Positions 1-15,181 of a DNA stretch of 64,000 bases are shown here, piece after piece. The translations under genes were made by a program, and so were the position numbers. Under the pieces are notes generated by a model, which worked only from the letters and a program-made list of their open reading frames with translations, was not told where the DNA came from and did not search any database. Numbering within the stretch: the first letter of the stretch is position 1; every line of letters begins with the position of its first letter. Source of the DNA: Chrysomallon squamiferum (taxonomy: Eukaryota; Animalia; Mollusca); the NCBI GenBank assembly GCA_012295275.1, contig CM022673.1, positions 17,608,001 to 17,672,000 on the forward strand. Direction: 5' to 3'.

Positions 1-1203
1 ATATTTAGCTTCACAAATCATCCGTTTTCTTTTCACGGCTGACTTTGACACCACCATCCGCTTCAGAAAACCGGCTTCATCGTTTTTCTTTCTCAAGGAA
101 TTCTATAGAATGCACCAAGCGAATTCTGGCCATAACCTAGTATGTCAACATAGATGTTGTTATGTATTAAAGTTTATCTCTCAATTGAATTAACCCCTGC
201 ACGCTTTCCGATAACTTCTGAAGCAGAAACATTTTTGGTCAATACTCAAAAATACAAACTTGTAATAAAATATGTTACTCTGTTACCATTAACGATTTAA
301 TTGTCAGCAAGAACAAACCAATCCCCACATCCCAGAAAACCAGATTGCCAACGAAATACTTTTTGCTACAAATCTTCTGTCCTAAAACAAATCAGTCAAC
401 GATTCTTGACTACATTGTGATATAATTATCGGATTTGTAATGGTAATGTAAAGATGAACACCGCTACGGTAACACTGCAGTCTACACTGCTTGTAAACAA
501 CAGTATTTAATATCACAGATGAATATACTGCAGTCTTCGCCATTTGTCCGTCTAGACCCTGGAAAATGGCCGATCGACCTGTCCTCATAGGAGTGCAGTG
601 TAACTAAAATATAGCCCATGTTTCTAACACTAAGCTTAAATATCTTAAATATATTTTTCTGTTAAAAACACCTAATAATACTTTACAGCTCGCCAGTTTA
701 TATGCGTGCGCGGTGTCTCAGTATAAAAAGAAATTATTATATTTCGTCTTTTAAAGTAATACGATATTTTACATTCCCACATAAATAATTATTTAAAAAA
801 AAAAATATTTTGTTATTCAAAACGTCGATTGATTAGTATTTTCTGACAGCCTGAAGGAGCAGGTTGGATAGGATTGCATCATAAAGCATAAAAGTAAATA
901 CTGGTTGATAACATGCGAACAAATCCTGATCGGATGTTCGGAATATGTCCTGTAAGAAAAATTTGTAAACCCCGACTGTTTATCACAAGTTAGCTGTTGT
1001 TAGATTTTCATTAACTATTTAATATCGGATGATTAAATCCATAATTTGGCAATTTGCTCCCAGTTAGTGGAAATGATTCACAGCACACAGATAATTACTG
1101 TTTGAAAATACTGTTGCAGTAATTTATCTCTTTGCAATGTACAAACGTGAATAGTTGAGAATTGTTTGTTAATGAACAATTTGAAAATGAAGATAAATAA
1201 ACC

Positions 1204-1334
<131 letters not shown>

Positions 1335-1934
1335 ATGATATATACAATTATTATTGTCCATAATAATAAAGTATTGCTTGTAAAGATAACTACACATACA
1401 TAATGTAAATCGGGTTGAAAAAAAAAAAAAATTATTTGATAGTCGCGCAGTATATGGCATTTCAATTTCACAGAATTGGTTATATGATACGAGGTTGTGT
1501 TTTGTTTTGTGGATATTTATTTTTATTTTTTCCTGGAAAATGTAGGTGTAGCTGAAAAAAGATCATTAAAAAAAAAAGAAAAAAAAAAAAAAAAAATTAT
1601 TATTATTTTTATTATTTTTAACCAAAACCTAAAAATAAAATCACTAGTCTTGAAAAATAGTTATTGTGAGATCTGTCAAAAACACCTCTGAACTTGTTAC
1701 GGTCAACAAACTAACCTGCAGTCTGTCTGCACTTAAACTTTTTAAAATAAATTTAAAATGACGGAAGAGTAACAGCTGGCTGGTATAAAAGCGATTTCTC
1801 GTTTCTTCACTTTAATGATTTCGATAATTTGGAAATGTTGTAAAATGGCGGTAGTAATCCGCAGACGTCATGAATGAAAATGAAATCTGCAGTTTATAGA
1901 TGACATTAAATGGGTATTTGTAGCATGTTTTTTA

Positions 1935-1996
<62 letters not shown>

Positions 1997-2139
1997 TATT
2001 AAATAGTAAGGAAATGAATAGTAGTTATAAAAATAATAAAGTTTCAATTGTAGAGTAATAGCAGTTGTAGCAGTGTAGTAGTAGTAGTACTTGTTGTTAC
2101 AGTTGCATAGAAGTAACGGTAGTTGCAGCTGTAGCAGAA

Positions 2140-2660
2140 GCGTAGTGGTAACAACAGCAGTTGTAATAGTAATAGTAACAGCAGCAGTCGAATTAATAGT
2201 AGTGGTAATAATAGTGGTAATGGTAATAGTAACAGCAGCAGTCGAATTAATAGTAGTGGCAATAAATAACAGCAGCAGTGGTAACAGTAGTAATAATATA
2301 GTGGTAATGGCAATCGAATTAGCAGTAGTGGAATCAATAATAGTGGTAATGGTAATAGTAACAGCAGCAGTCGAATTAATAGTAGTGGTAATAATAGTGG
2401 TAATGGTAATAGTAACAGCAGCAGTCGAATTAATAGTAGTGGCAATAATAGTGGTAATGGTAATAGTAACAGCAGCAGTCGAATTAACAGTAGTGGTAAT
2501 GGTAATAGTAACAGCAGCAGTCGAATTAACAGTAGTGGTAATAATAGTGGTAATGGTAATAGTAACAGCAGCAGTCGAATTAATAGTAGTGGCAATAATA
2601 GTGGTAATGGTAATAGTAACAGCAGCAGTCGAATTGATAGTAGTGGTAATAATAGTGGTA
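2140..2660. repeat. 54-bp minisatellite built from trinucleotide repeats
   Basis: Unit GCAGCAGTCGAATTAATAGTAGTGGTAATAATAGTGGTAATGGTAATAGTAACA; GTCGAATT recurs at 2187 and 2241, then onward; embedded in (GTA/GCA)n low-complexity DNA from ~2050 to 2870. Confidence 0.9.
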
Positions 2661-4472
2661 GTAGTAATAGTAGTAGTAGTAATAGAAGTAGTAATAGGAG
2701 TAACAGTGCTGATGGTAGTAGCAGTAGTTGATGTAGTATTGACAGCAGTAGTCATAGCAATATTAATAATATCAGAGGTAGTAGTTGCAGTAGTAGCAAT
2801 GATAGTTGCAATGGTAGCAGTTGTAGTAGCACTAGTAACAGTAGTGGTAACAGCAGTGATAATAGTATTTATAAAATGTTTTAATTACTCCATAGGTTTC
2901 TATAAATAATATAAATTCCGTTATATAATCCAATTTATTTATGTATTTCTCCGAACTGTATACATTATATTATTTAGCTATTGTTACCAAACGATGTATA
3001 CTTCTTTTCATTCTTCTAAAAGTAACCTCTGCAAGCTGAACACAAAAAAATCTTATATCACATTCTCTGCAAAAAGTCACGAAATGTATACAGAACGTCT
3101 GTTACTTGAAGTTTTAGCGGAAATGATTCAGACGAAGACAGAATCAAGGTATGTGACACTTAGTAAATAGTTGTATGTTCTCACTAGTTTGTCCAGTTTT
3201 ATATCTACACAGGAACAATGTAATGAAAGAAGAATTGCCATAGGCCACTATCTCAGTCTATTCAACATCAGTTTTATTCATCAACTCATATCAAATTTCA
3301 TATTAAGTCATATGATGTAATGTTAAAATCTACGTAGATTTAACGTTTATATTTTAGTTTATTTGGACTAGATAATTAGAAAATTGTTTCAAATAGGGAA
3401 AATTATTTACAATTTAATCAAATAAACAACAACAGCAACAATATCGACAACAACATCATTTCAGATTTATCTTGAAAACGGAAACAAGAACTTACAAACA
3501 CCTGATAAAACATCAAGTGGATCAAGGAAAAGACTGTAACTCAGTGGTTTTCCCGATATATGAAGACATCTTTGTGTCCTTTTTAGTAAATCGCATTAAA
3601 GCCAGCGAAACAATCTTACGTCATAGTTAAGGTTTTCGGTTTCTCGAAAGATGCCTATAAAAGTTAAGATTAGCTAATAGCGAGGCATCAAAGATTTCCT
3701 GCTTTTCCCAAAACCAAACTTGACACCCAATAACCATCAACGTGTCGTTGAAGAAATATAATTCTTTCGTTCTATACATAAAATAAAGTTTTGTCGTCGC
3801 GGAACAAACAAGGGAAATACCTATTACTCGAAGTTACCAGTCAATCGCTTCATGGCTAATCAGTCGCAAGTCGTAAAGTTGAGAGTTTTCCAAGCCAACT
3901 TCTATCTGCACTCAATTAAATTCACTCAAGTATACCAAACCCACAGCAGTTCCTTCTACGTTCAGAATATTTTTCTTAAGTGCTTTTGTTAGCGTTCATC
4001 CGTACATTCTGTAATGTCTATTCCTATTAATAAAATTGTTATTGTCTACCTTGCTAATGTTTTCTTCTTCGTGCATAACAAGTCACACTATTCTTTCATC
4101 TATGGATGGTTTTTATGTGAGCTGACGTGATCAAAAATGAATAAATTTACTAAACTCATTTTATCTTTATATTAACGGATATTTTCGTGTCAAATTTTTG
4201 AATATTTTACCAATTCTATACGATTATTTGGCCCGATCTAACCTGTGTTCCCAGGACCATCTATCAGTTTATTCTTATAGGAAGACGATTATTTCGGAAA
4301 TGTTTTAAATCAATGTTTTCTGAAGTTTTATTATAACTAAAATCATTATTTATACATGTACGGATACACACATACAGCACAGAGACACACGCAGAGGAAC
4401 GGATGCTCGAAATTTAGTAATGAATCAACCTTCAATTTTTTTACTTAAGGCCTGTTGTTATGAATCATATTC

Positions 4473-4674
<202 letters not shown>

Positions 4675-5117
4675 GTTATTCATATCTGTCTTTCTCATTC
4701 TGTTAATTAAATAAATCACCGTAAGCGGGATTCGATTCAGGGACTAACCCGACTTAACAACAGGTCGAGTAAGTCCCTCTATTTTAGCAATTTTCTGGTC
4801 TTTAGTCTGAAGTAATGGAGATAACTAACAATAATTACGCTGACGAAAAACTCGAGAGAACGAGGAAGTTTCTGTCCTTTTTAATTTTGATAGAAATATA
4901 ATAATGCTATTAATGTTTGTGTAAACTGTAGTAATTGGCATTTTTTGTGTTTGAAGAAGATTTTGTTTGTCTATAGAATATAATTTATTGTTTACTGTGA
5001 TTCGTTTAATTAAAACACTGAAACAAATATATTACAGTTCTGTTATTATTATTAATATTAATATATTCATCCTTGCTATTAACTCATCATCATCATCATT
5101 ATCATCATAATTATTAA

Positions 5118-5189
<72 letters not shown>

Positions 5190-5445
5190 CGAACAAAGGA
5201 AGTAATATACTAAATGAAATGTGAATTATTTCATGTGCGAATGTATTATGTACGTATATGTGCGTCTGTGTATGTATGTATGTAAGTATGCATGTATGTA
5301 TTATTGTACGTATACATATGCCTGCATGTGCATACATTTGCTTGTCCTACTGATTATGATATTATACAGATGTCGTTTCAGGGGTTTTATTTAACTTTGA
5401 AGCTGGTGTTATCACAAGGAATCAATGTATTTCCACTGAGCTGTT

Positions 5446-5498
5446 TTATCCAGGCTGTCACTTATCCAAGCTGTCACTTATCCAAGCTGTCACTTATC
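5446..5498. repeat. 16-bp tandem repeat, x3
   Basis: TTATCCAAGCTGTCAC repeated. Confidence 0.85.
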
Positions 5499-5744
5499 GT
5501 AGCTTCGTGTCTCAGCTTTGACTACAGCTGCTGTTTTACAATAAACCACACAACAAATGTTTCACATATTTTCTTATCTGTGTCCACGTCTGTGACTCCG
5601 TCAGCAGCAGAAAGAACAAACAAGTCTAAAGCTATTTTATTGTGTCGTAATGAAGACTATAGAGATAATCTTTCTTTCTTCATGCAAAAACTGATTATTT
5701 TAGCCGTTATTAATGGTCATGGTATCGAAATCGTCAGTACTGTT

Positions 5745-5830
<86 letters not shown>

Positions 5831-6649
5831 AATTATTATAAAAGAAAACAGAAGAGAAAAAATAAATTAAATAAAAAAAAAAAAAAAAAGAACCAGCTAA
5901 AATTGAACAAATTATCTAACTGTAATATAACCATCGAGACTGTTAAGATCTTAACCATCTAATTTATCGAAACTATAAGTATGGCTGAAGCTGAACTAAT
6001 TTTCGGATACTATAAAGCTACCTAAATTCAGGCAGACTGTATGCAAAGCAAAAACTGAAGATTATTCTAAATATTAATAATGTCCTGATTATTAGTGCAT
6101 TTATAAGTTTTCGGAAACTGACAATTATTTTTCTTTGTCCATGAAAGGTTTATAACAGACTTCACATACAAGTCTAAACGTCAGTAAGAGAATTAATTTA
6201 GACAACTATCTCTGGATTTTAGCTGCACGATTCCGTGATAGAAGCGAATGGTGTAATAAAATAAATATGATGTCCGACATGAGATATTTTAGTTCTCTTG
6301 CCGTTTCTTAATACAGCAGTTGTCGTCTCAGATCACTAAAACAATAATAACTTTTTTCAATAAGCTGGCGCTGATGTCTAACAGATAGGTGATAAAGGAA
6401 TTCATTTCCTATCATTTTCGAGATGCTGGTTTGGTAATTCAGACAAAGAAACAAATTGTATTGGTTTTGTGACATGACACTGAATCAGTTTGGTCTTAGT
6501 GACTCACTTGCTAATGTAATGGCTGAGGTCACATGGATGTTAATAATGACAGTTTTATTGGTCTTGATCTTAGTTATGAGTTTGATTAGTGTGACATGGA
6601 TTTTTGTTTTCTTTGCTTCATGTGTGTGTTAGAATGAATCCTTGTCACG

Positions 6650-7015
6650 TTATGATGATATGTCAGTCGTGAACTTATGATTACGTGGGCATAAGTCAAT
6701 ATCTTATGATTACATGGGTGTAAATATTTATCTTATGATTACGTGGGCATAAGTCAATATCTTATGATTACATGGGTATAAATATTGATCTTATGATTAT
6801 GTGGGCATAAGTCAAGATCTTATGATTACATGGGTGTAAATATTGATCTTATGATTACGTGGGTATAAGTCAAGATCTTACGGGCTACCTGGGTGTCAGT
6901 CATATTCTTATGATGATGAGGGTAAGTCATGTTGCTATGGTGATATGAGTGTCAGTCATATTCTTATGATGATGAGTGTAAGTCATGTTGCTATGGTGAT
7001 ATGAGTGTCAGTCAT
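6650..7015. repeat. 29-bp minisatellite with alternating (58-bp) dimer structure
   Basis: ATCTTATGATTACGTGGGCATAAGTCAAT alternates with ATCTTATGATTACATGGGTGTAAATATTG. Confidence 0.88.
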
Positions 7016-10000
7016 TTCAACTGATACACATATCAGTGATGGTTTGTATGTATCAGAGTAGATTTACTGTAATTATATTTTTCAAAAAGAATTATCCTGT
7101 TGTTCTGTATCAAACTTGTCAGAAAACTTTCACTTTTAATTAATATGTTTTTTTATAGCTGATTTATCCAGGATTGTACGGTTAATATTTTATATTTCAT
7201 TTATTTTCCTTCTCTGATCTCATTTTAACACCTGTGCTGAATTATTTTCAGCAGTAATAGGAAGACGTAGAGATTCTAGTCAAATTAGAAGTATGGTTTC
7301 CTCAAAGTCACTGACTCTGATGTGGTCACACAGGAACAGCGACAGTAAACACGAGGTGAAATGAAGGCAGAATTCTTTTTTTTTTTTTTTAGATAACGGT
7401 GAAAATCCGAATGTGTTAAAAAGAAGAAAACAAAAAAATAGAAAAGTCTCAACACTGTTGTTGTTTGAAACCTTTTTCTCAAAAATAAATGTTATTAATA
7501 TTCATTTTCTTTCAATTAGCCGGTAAAACATAAAATAAAATTTTTATAATTTATTTTTTACACAGATTCTACCATTAAATTTTCGTTAGAACCGTGACAA
7601 CCTTTTGTTGCTGTTACGTATGGATGGATGAATGAACGGTCATGATGGTTAGACATACCGCTCAAACATGGACACACATACACATACATACATACATATG
7701 TCATGTGTGTGTGTGTGTGTGTGTGTGTGTTAAGGATATGTATATGTAAACAGAGAGAATAGAGAGATCACTGTAATAATATACAAAGGTAAAAGACAGT
7801 GATTGACAGGTGTGTGTTAAAATGCAGTAATGAAAGGGGAACATTCTTTAGTCAGGCATCCATCAAGCTGTTTACCATTTGTGTTTAAATATCGCGAAAT
7901 CAAACCAAACAAGCAACGATTAACATAACGGAAGGGGGAAAACCAGTTTGATTAATAAGTAAGCTGTTAGTATGATGTGTTTATGTTAATCTGCATGTAT
8001 GTACATTCGTATATGACCAGAAATACAGTTCTTAGGGAATGGAACCATCTTTTCTTACATTACATATTGTTCGAAGTTACGCGTTTGGTGTTTAATTTCT
8101 GATTTTTTTTTTGAAGACTTTTTTGTTTTAAAAAATAATAACTAATTGGTTATTTAAGACCTGGTGTTGTTTTGATGTTTATGTTTCGTAGGTAATGCGC
8201 ATAAATCACTATTATCGAGAGCGCTGAGTTGAGAAATAAAACAGTCGAATTCATTTAGTTTTTGTATTATTTAGGGCTGCAGGATAAAAGAAATAACTGG
8301 TTACTGTTTTAAGATATCGTTTTGATCCTTTATAAACATAAAAACATCACATGACTTCATACGACCTAATACAAAATTGATATGACTTGATATTGAAACT
8401 GATACCATACTGACCTATGACATTCATATTTGCTTTCGTTATTGTTCAGAGTTACAGAACTGAACAAACAAGTGAGAACATACAACTATTTACTGAGTGT
8501 CTTGTATCACCTATCTTCGTCTCAATCGTTTCCGTAACAACCTGCAAATCACAGAAGTTCTCTGTACGCTTCGTGACTTTTCACAGAAAACTTTACACAA
8601 GATTTGTTTCTCTTCTCGAAATTCTCACGTTTCAGATTTGTCTTCTATAAAATAACCTCTATGGTAAAAGTAGGTAATATATAGATAAAACGCGTGGCTT
8701 AGTTATAAGCTTTGAACATATTAAGACAATTTTAATTAACCTGAAAGAAATCTTCTTAATTTTTTTTTTTTTATTATTTTTTTTTTATTAGAAGATAACA
8801 TTTTATAACATTTCATATATTTAATATTGTAAGAAGAGGGAAAAAATGCGATAAAAATGTGTTTAAAAATAGTATTGTCGCAAAGCTTTGGAGTCATATT
8901 CTCATTGCGTATTTACATATGTGATTTGAAAAGCAGACGACAGACAGATAAAGTTCTGCTCTTATTATTATTAATAAGCAATGTCAGGATTTTTGATATA
9001 ATTATATCAAAAAGGACACGTCTGTGTTTTTCAGTCATCGGTCAAGAAATCAAGCAAGGGAGATAAATTGATGGAGACGACTTTGTACTATAATTAACAT
9101 ATTTATTTGTCTTTGAGCAAACTCTGGCTTTTGTACTTGCCTGCCTGCACAAGTGACTGACTGTCGCGCGATCTCAGTGATGAATTCATTGCTTTTTTAT
9201 TGATTTATATTAACAGTCTCAATGCAGACATATGGCTCGTTTTTGCCGCCTGTGGAAAGCGTCTGTCGGTTGTAATCTGCACGTGCTGGAATAAATCTTG
9301 ACAGGATTACATCGATTCGAAGTTCTATTTCCCTTAATTTTGCATTCCGTTAGTTAATTATGAGTATCGGTTTTTCACGATAAACTCGGGTTTCTAACTT
9401 TGATATTCCGCCGAGAGGGGGAATGCGTCTGTTCTTAACTCAATTTTAAATCTTAATTCGATATTTAGATGAGAGGCTGAGATATGTAGTGTTAAATGAT
9501 ATGCAGCTACAATCAAGGAAAAAACACGAGAAGAGAAACGCAGAAAGCTCGCTTGTTAGAATTTTCTCACGAGTCATTGTCGGTTGTAGGATCAATCGTG
9601 AGCGATGTCTTTCTTATTTTATTACTTCTACCAGCTCGAGCCGCGCAGCTGACTTCAACTGTTTAACACAACAGCCGTTTTTACAAATGTATTGATGTTT
9701 GTACTTTTTTTCTTTCAAAACAGCTTCATAGAAAGAGATTTTATTTATTTATTTATAGTTGAATAACGACGACTGTAGAAGAGGGATATTGTTGCTATAT
9801 AGGAAAGGAAATCACTTAGCACGGAGCTGGTTCTCCGCACCGTTTCGAATTTAGTTTCGAGAAGGAATAATCTAGATTATACAGATGTTCACAATGACAC
9901 CATTGTGTCGTCACATCCAACTCCAGTGCACCAACACCGCAATCTGCCTTTCGTAAATCCGCCGGTATTGGCCGGAACACATGGTAATTAAACCGAAACC

Positions 10001-10297
10001 GTATATGATGAGAATAATTCAGTGATCGAATATGAAGAAGCTCGTGAAATGACAAAGGCAAGTCGTTAACGAGTTTGGTGTGGAAAGCATACTTCGAGAA
10101 GTTATCTCCTTTCTGCCTAATGGGAAAATCCTGAGTGTAACGTATTCTAATGAAAAATCTTAGTAGTATGTTTATTAATTTTGATTCCTTTCAGCTGTAC
10201 TGAGAACGGAATAGGCTCATAATTAACTATTTAAGCAGTCAGATATTGCTTAGCAAATCATATTATCTTCATTTTAGTTTATAATGGCATCACATTT

Positions 10298-10548
<251 letters not shown>

Positions 10549-12020
10549 TTCAGTCTCTCTTCGCTTTGTTTCACTCTCTCTTTTTCTTTTTCTCTCTCTG
10601 TTTGTTTCAACCTCTCTCTCTCTTGTTCTATCTCTCTGTCTCTCTCGTTCTATTACTCTCTCTCTCTCTTTCTCTTTCTCTCATTCCCTTTACAAAGTAT
10701 AGTGTCACCTCTTATTATATAAATATTAATTAAAATTAATTATTAAATAGTTTCTCAAATATGTTTTCCAGAGATATTTGTCTGAATTTTTTATTATAAT
10801 ATATATTTAATTATTATTTTACTAAATATACTATACATCACAGTTATGTTTAAATAATAATTATTTTTATTGGTATGGTTACCGTTTTATTTTTATTTTT
10901 GACATTTATTATTATTATTAATAGTAGTAGTAGTAGTAGCAGTAGCAGCAGTAGTAGTAGTAGTAGTTGTTGTTGTTGTTGTAGTAGTAGTAGTAGTAGT
11001 AGTAGTAGTTGTAGTATTAGTGTTTAGGGGCGTGGCAGTGTTTTGAGACTTCCGCACCAACTCTATTTGCACAGCTAATTTAATATTCCTCTGATATCTG
11101 ATTTGACTTTATGGTGGTTGGTGAGACTGTTAATCGTTACTAAAGATGTTTTATTTATGGGACGAAAGATTCGAATATTGGAGTCGTGCCTGTGGTGTAT
11201 TCAGTAAACCGATCAAATATTAGATTCGATACTTTGAAGTATACATAAACATCGAAATAATTTTCTTGTCTGTTTGTTACTTGAAGACGCATTTAGGATA
11301 ATTTGAATATTTTATTTTAATTTATTTTATTTTATTTCTTAATTTATTTATATATAATTTTTGGTTTGTTTGTTTGTTTTTTTTTTTTTTTTTTTTTTTT
11401 TTTGGTTTCTAAAAGAATAGCTCTCCAATCAACAGTAAATTGTTGTTTATTTTTTATTTTTTATATATTTATAAAACAATTTCTCAGGTTAATTTACTTT
11501 GTTTTCTTACTTTGTTTTCTTTCTTTATTTTTTGTTCTTCTTTTCTAAAAGATTAGGTGTCTAATCAATAGTAACTGTTTTTATTTCTACCTGAAATCCT
11601 ATAAATTTTCAGTTTCAGTTTTTATAGGTCATCTAGGAATCTGAAAAACTTACATTTTATTCAGCTAAGGGCGTCAGTTTATATATATATCATACTTATT
11701 TATATACACGTACTATATATATATATTATTAGTTATTTATTTATTTGTTCCTTTGTTTTGTTTGTTTGCTTGTTCTCATTATTATTATTTTCTCACATTT
11801 ACATGTTTATTAAATTTATCCTTTTGGAACTGACAATCATGAATTATTACTGAACAAAACATCTTTCATATTTGAATTAATTCATTTGTTCATTCATTCA
11901 TCCATCCATCCATCCATCCTTTCAGTTTGCAATGAACCAAACATCTCACAAAAATTAACATTAAAGATATAATGAACACAATCTCTGTACAAACGTCTTT
12001 TGTACAAAACAGAATTGTCT

Positions 12021-12075
12021 TTAGCTCATTGGTTAGAGTACTCGGACGAGAAACCGATCGAGACTCCTAGGCTGC
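12021..12075 (+). mobile_element. tRNA-derived (SINE head-like) fragment
   Basis: A-box-like TAGCTCATTGGTTAGAGT; no complete cloverleaf or B box. Confidence 0.3.
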
Positions 12076-12383
12076 TAAATAAATATTAGACTCAACCAGT
12101 ATTAATCGACACGTAATCTTTCCCTTCTGTTTATTGACAAAGACCAACCACAGTGGCACATTTATGAAAACTAAATACTAACATGTCAGCCTGACATTTA
12201 AAGTAGTGTATATCGCATGTATGGCGCGTTTTGTTTCTTATACTACATTTAATACCTAACAGAAGGATTTTAATGGTTTTAAAAAGAAAGAATCAAAGCG
12301 TAGTTTAGTATCATAGTAATTCGGTTGTTTCATTTAATGACAAATCAAAAAGTAAAAGAAAGCACGTGTTACATTATGCCAAA

Positions 12384-12441
<58 letters not shown>

Positions 12442-12702
12442 CAATAATAATAATAATTTTTTTTTTAAAGTTATATAGTTAAAATAATATCCAGAATAGC
12501 GAGAAAAAAAAGGTTTATGTTAATAGATATAAAACTGAAATGTGAAATAATCAAAATATGAAGTTTACTAATAGAAATAACAATACTTCAAGAACCATTT
12601 GTAACCTTATATACGTACACAACAAGTACAGACAGACACTGTTAACATACATACAAACGTACACTTACATACAAATGGTTGTATAATTATGTGCAGTTAT
12701 GT

Positions 12703-12742
<40 letters not shown>

Positions 12743-13657
12743 TTTGTTTGTTTGTTTATTTTATTTTTATATTTATTTTTATTTTCGTTTTTATTTTATT
12801 TTATTTTATTTTATTTTTTTTTTTTTTTTTTTATTTTTTTTTTTATTATTATTGGACAATTGTCTCATCTCTTTCATATTTGATTTTATCAAATAAGGTG
12901 CTCTCCATTATATTATAAATATCTTTAGTTACTTTCAGAATAACAGTTTACTTAGCAGGAATTTCACTTTTAAAATATTTACTTAATTTATTTTCAATCA
13001 CAAAACCGTCAACTCACAAATTTTGCTTCTTCGTAATTACAGACTTTTTGTTGTTGTTGTTATCGGCTTCTTCATACAGACAGACCAACAAAACCATAAT
13101 CTGAGATTTATCAAGCAGAAAGCAGATCTCATAAAGCTTATCGAGTCTACGACCAACACATCTTCACTGGGAGGCCTCGCTTTTTATACTGCCGCCAGCG
13201 TCAAAGAATCAATTTAAATACATAACAGCAGAGATAAATCCAGATTGAAATGCTGATTTTTATTAAGATGGAAAATATTCTAATAATAATCTTAATTAAC
13301 CCATTCATCATTTGTTTCTCACTGCAACATAACGACCATTATTATCGCTCTCTACACATGCAGTGGTTGCACTAAATCATTCGTGAACTGAGCTGAAGAA
13401 AACAAACGTGTGTGTGTCTGGCGTTAGCTAGCCGAGGGACCGCGACGACTTTCAGAACCGTGACTATAGGATAAGTAATCTGGCAGATCACGTGGAAGGT
13501 CAAGCAAAATCCTGAGGCCGGTTATTGCTTTTTATTTGTTTTCTTGTTATTCTTGATTAAATTAAATTTTTAATTATTTATTTATTTAATTATCCATCTT
13601 CTTTAAAAATTAATTTTTAATTTTTTGGGGTTTATGTTTTTAATCTTTCAGGTTTTT

Positions 13658-13741
<84 letters not shown>

Positions 13742-15181
13742 CTGCTGTTTTTGTTATATTTCTTTTGCAAACACAATGAATATCTAGACATATATATATA
13801 TTATATAAGATAAAAAAAAATAATAATAATAAAATAAAAACAACAAAAAATCTATTTAGATGTCTGATCTAAGCATCAGAACTTGAACAGTACAATATTT
13901 ATTGACGTCTGCCCGATGCCATCTCTGATATGTTTGTACTTAAAAGGTGATCGGGTGTGGGGAGCGACACTGCAAGTAATAACTCACTGAACGTGAATAA
14001 CGTAATCATCAAAGTGAACAAACAGTACACACCAACTTGACCAGTTGACTGATGTACAACCGCAGCAGATTAGCACGTCAAACTGATGATAGATTACTCT
14101 TGTCTAGATATTCATTGTGCTTGCAAAACAAATACAACAACAGCAGCAAAATATTCTGTACTTCATAAGACAATCAAAATATCTGTCTCATTTCTTTCTT
14201 AGAAAGATCTATTACCGCTTAATGTACTAGATAAATATTGCTTTACTACAAAAACTGATCATCATCAAAGATGTACATTGTGAGAGAAAGAACGGGGAAG
14301 AAAACAACGAAAAGGAAAAGGGACGAATGATATAAAAATATATACACATAAATACATACATACATTCAGTATACATTATATACGCGTGTGTATGCGCGTG
14401 TGTGTCTGTGTGAGCGTGCGCGGGCGCGCTCTGTGGTCAAATTCACAAACAGTTTTGCTAAAGTAACAAACTGATATTTTTCATTCGTCAGATTCTCATT
14501 CCCAAGTAGCAAATAAAACATCAGTACAGATGATCAGATTGTAAAATACTTGATTACTTTGGTTTAGTCCTTTTTCTTTCTTTTTCTTTCTTTCGATCCT
14601 CCCCTTTCTCCTACTATCTGTCTTTGTCTTTCAGTATTTTCTTTCTTTTTCCATTTGTTTCTCAGCAGTTCGTCTTATCTTGTTTTAAGAAAATGTCCTC
14701 TTTTTTACGAGATTTTGTTTTTAATTCATTGAATAATTCTCTTGTCCTTTATTTTGTTTTTATTTTCTGCATTTTATCATAATTTATTTATTTTGTATAT
14801 TAGTCGAAGCTCAGTATAAACAATTATCATTTTACAAAATATAATGTGTATATTATAATTTAGAAGAAAATGGCAGATATTACTGCTTTGTCAAAAACCC
14901 TTATTTTTATGCAGCAATAAGTTAATACTCTTTAGCATATGTCGACTGTTCATTGGTCAGAAGAGAACAGTCTATTTTATAGCTACTTATATTTATCCGA
15001 TTATAAAACCGTGGAATCTTAAACAAATATTTTTGGAAAAACTAAAACATAATAATTTAGTAACTACTTCCAGTGTAAGCCAGGCAGGGACATTAAAAAA
15101 ACGAAGACGACATCTTTCTCAGTTTTAAAAGACGGGGTTAAAGATAGTTAAATAACAGAGAAGTACTAAACTAAGACTTAC

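Noticed and set aside
3496-3501. Minus-strand TTTTATCAG|GTGTTT|GTAAGT, a possible 6-nt microexon or recursive splice site
   Set aside because: Short pyrimidine tract, and such a motif is expected by chance in 15 kb; no further support.
9780-10130. GC-richer island with short ORFs
   Set aside because: No recognisable protein motif or consistent splice sites; may be an enhancer or an old transposon fragment.
12021-12075. tRNA gene
   Set aside because: Only an A-box/D-arm-like stretch; no T-arm GTTCRA and no acceptor stem.
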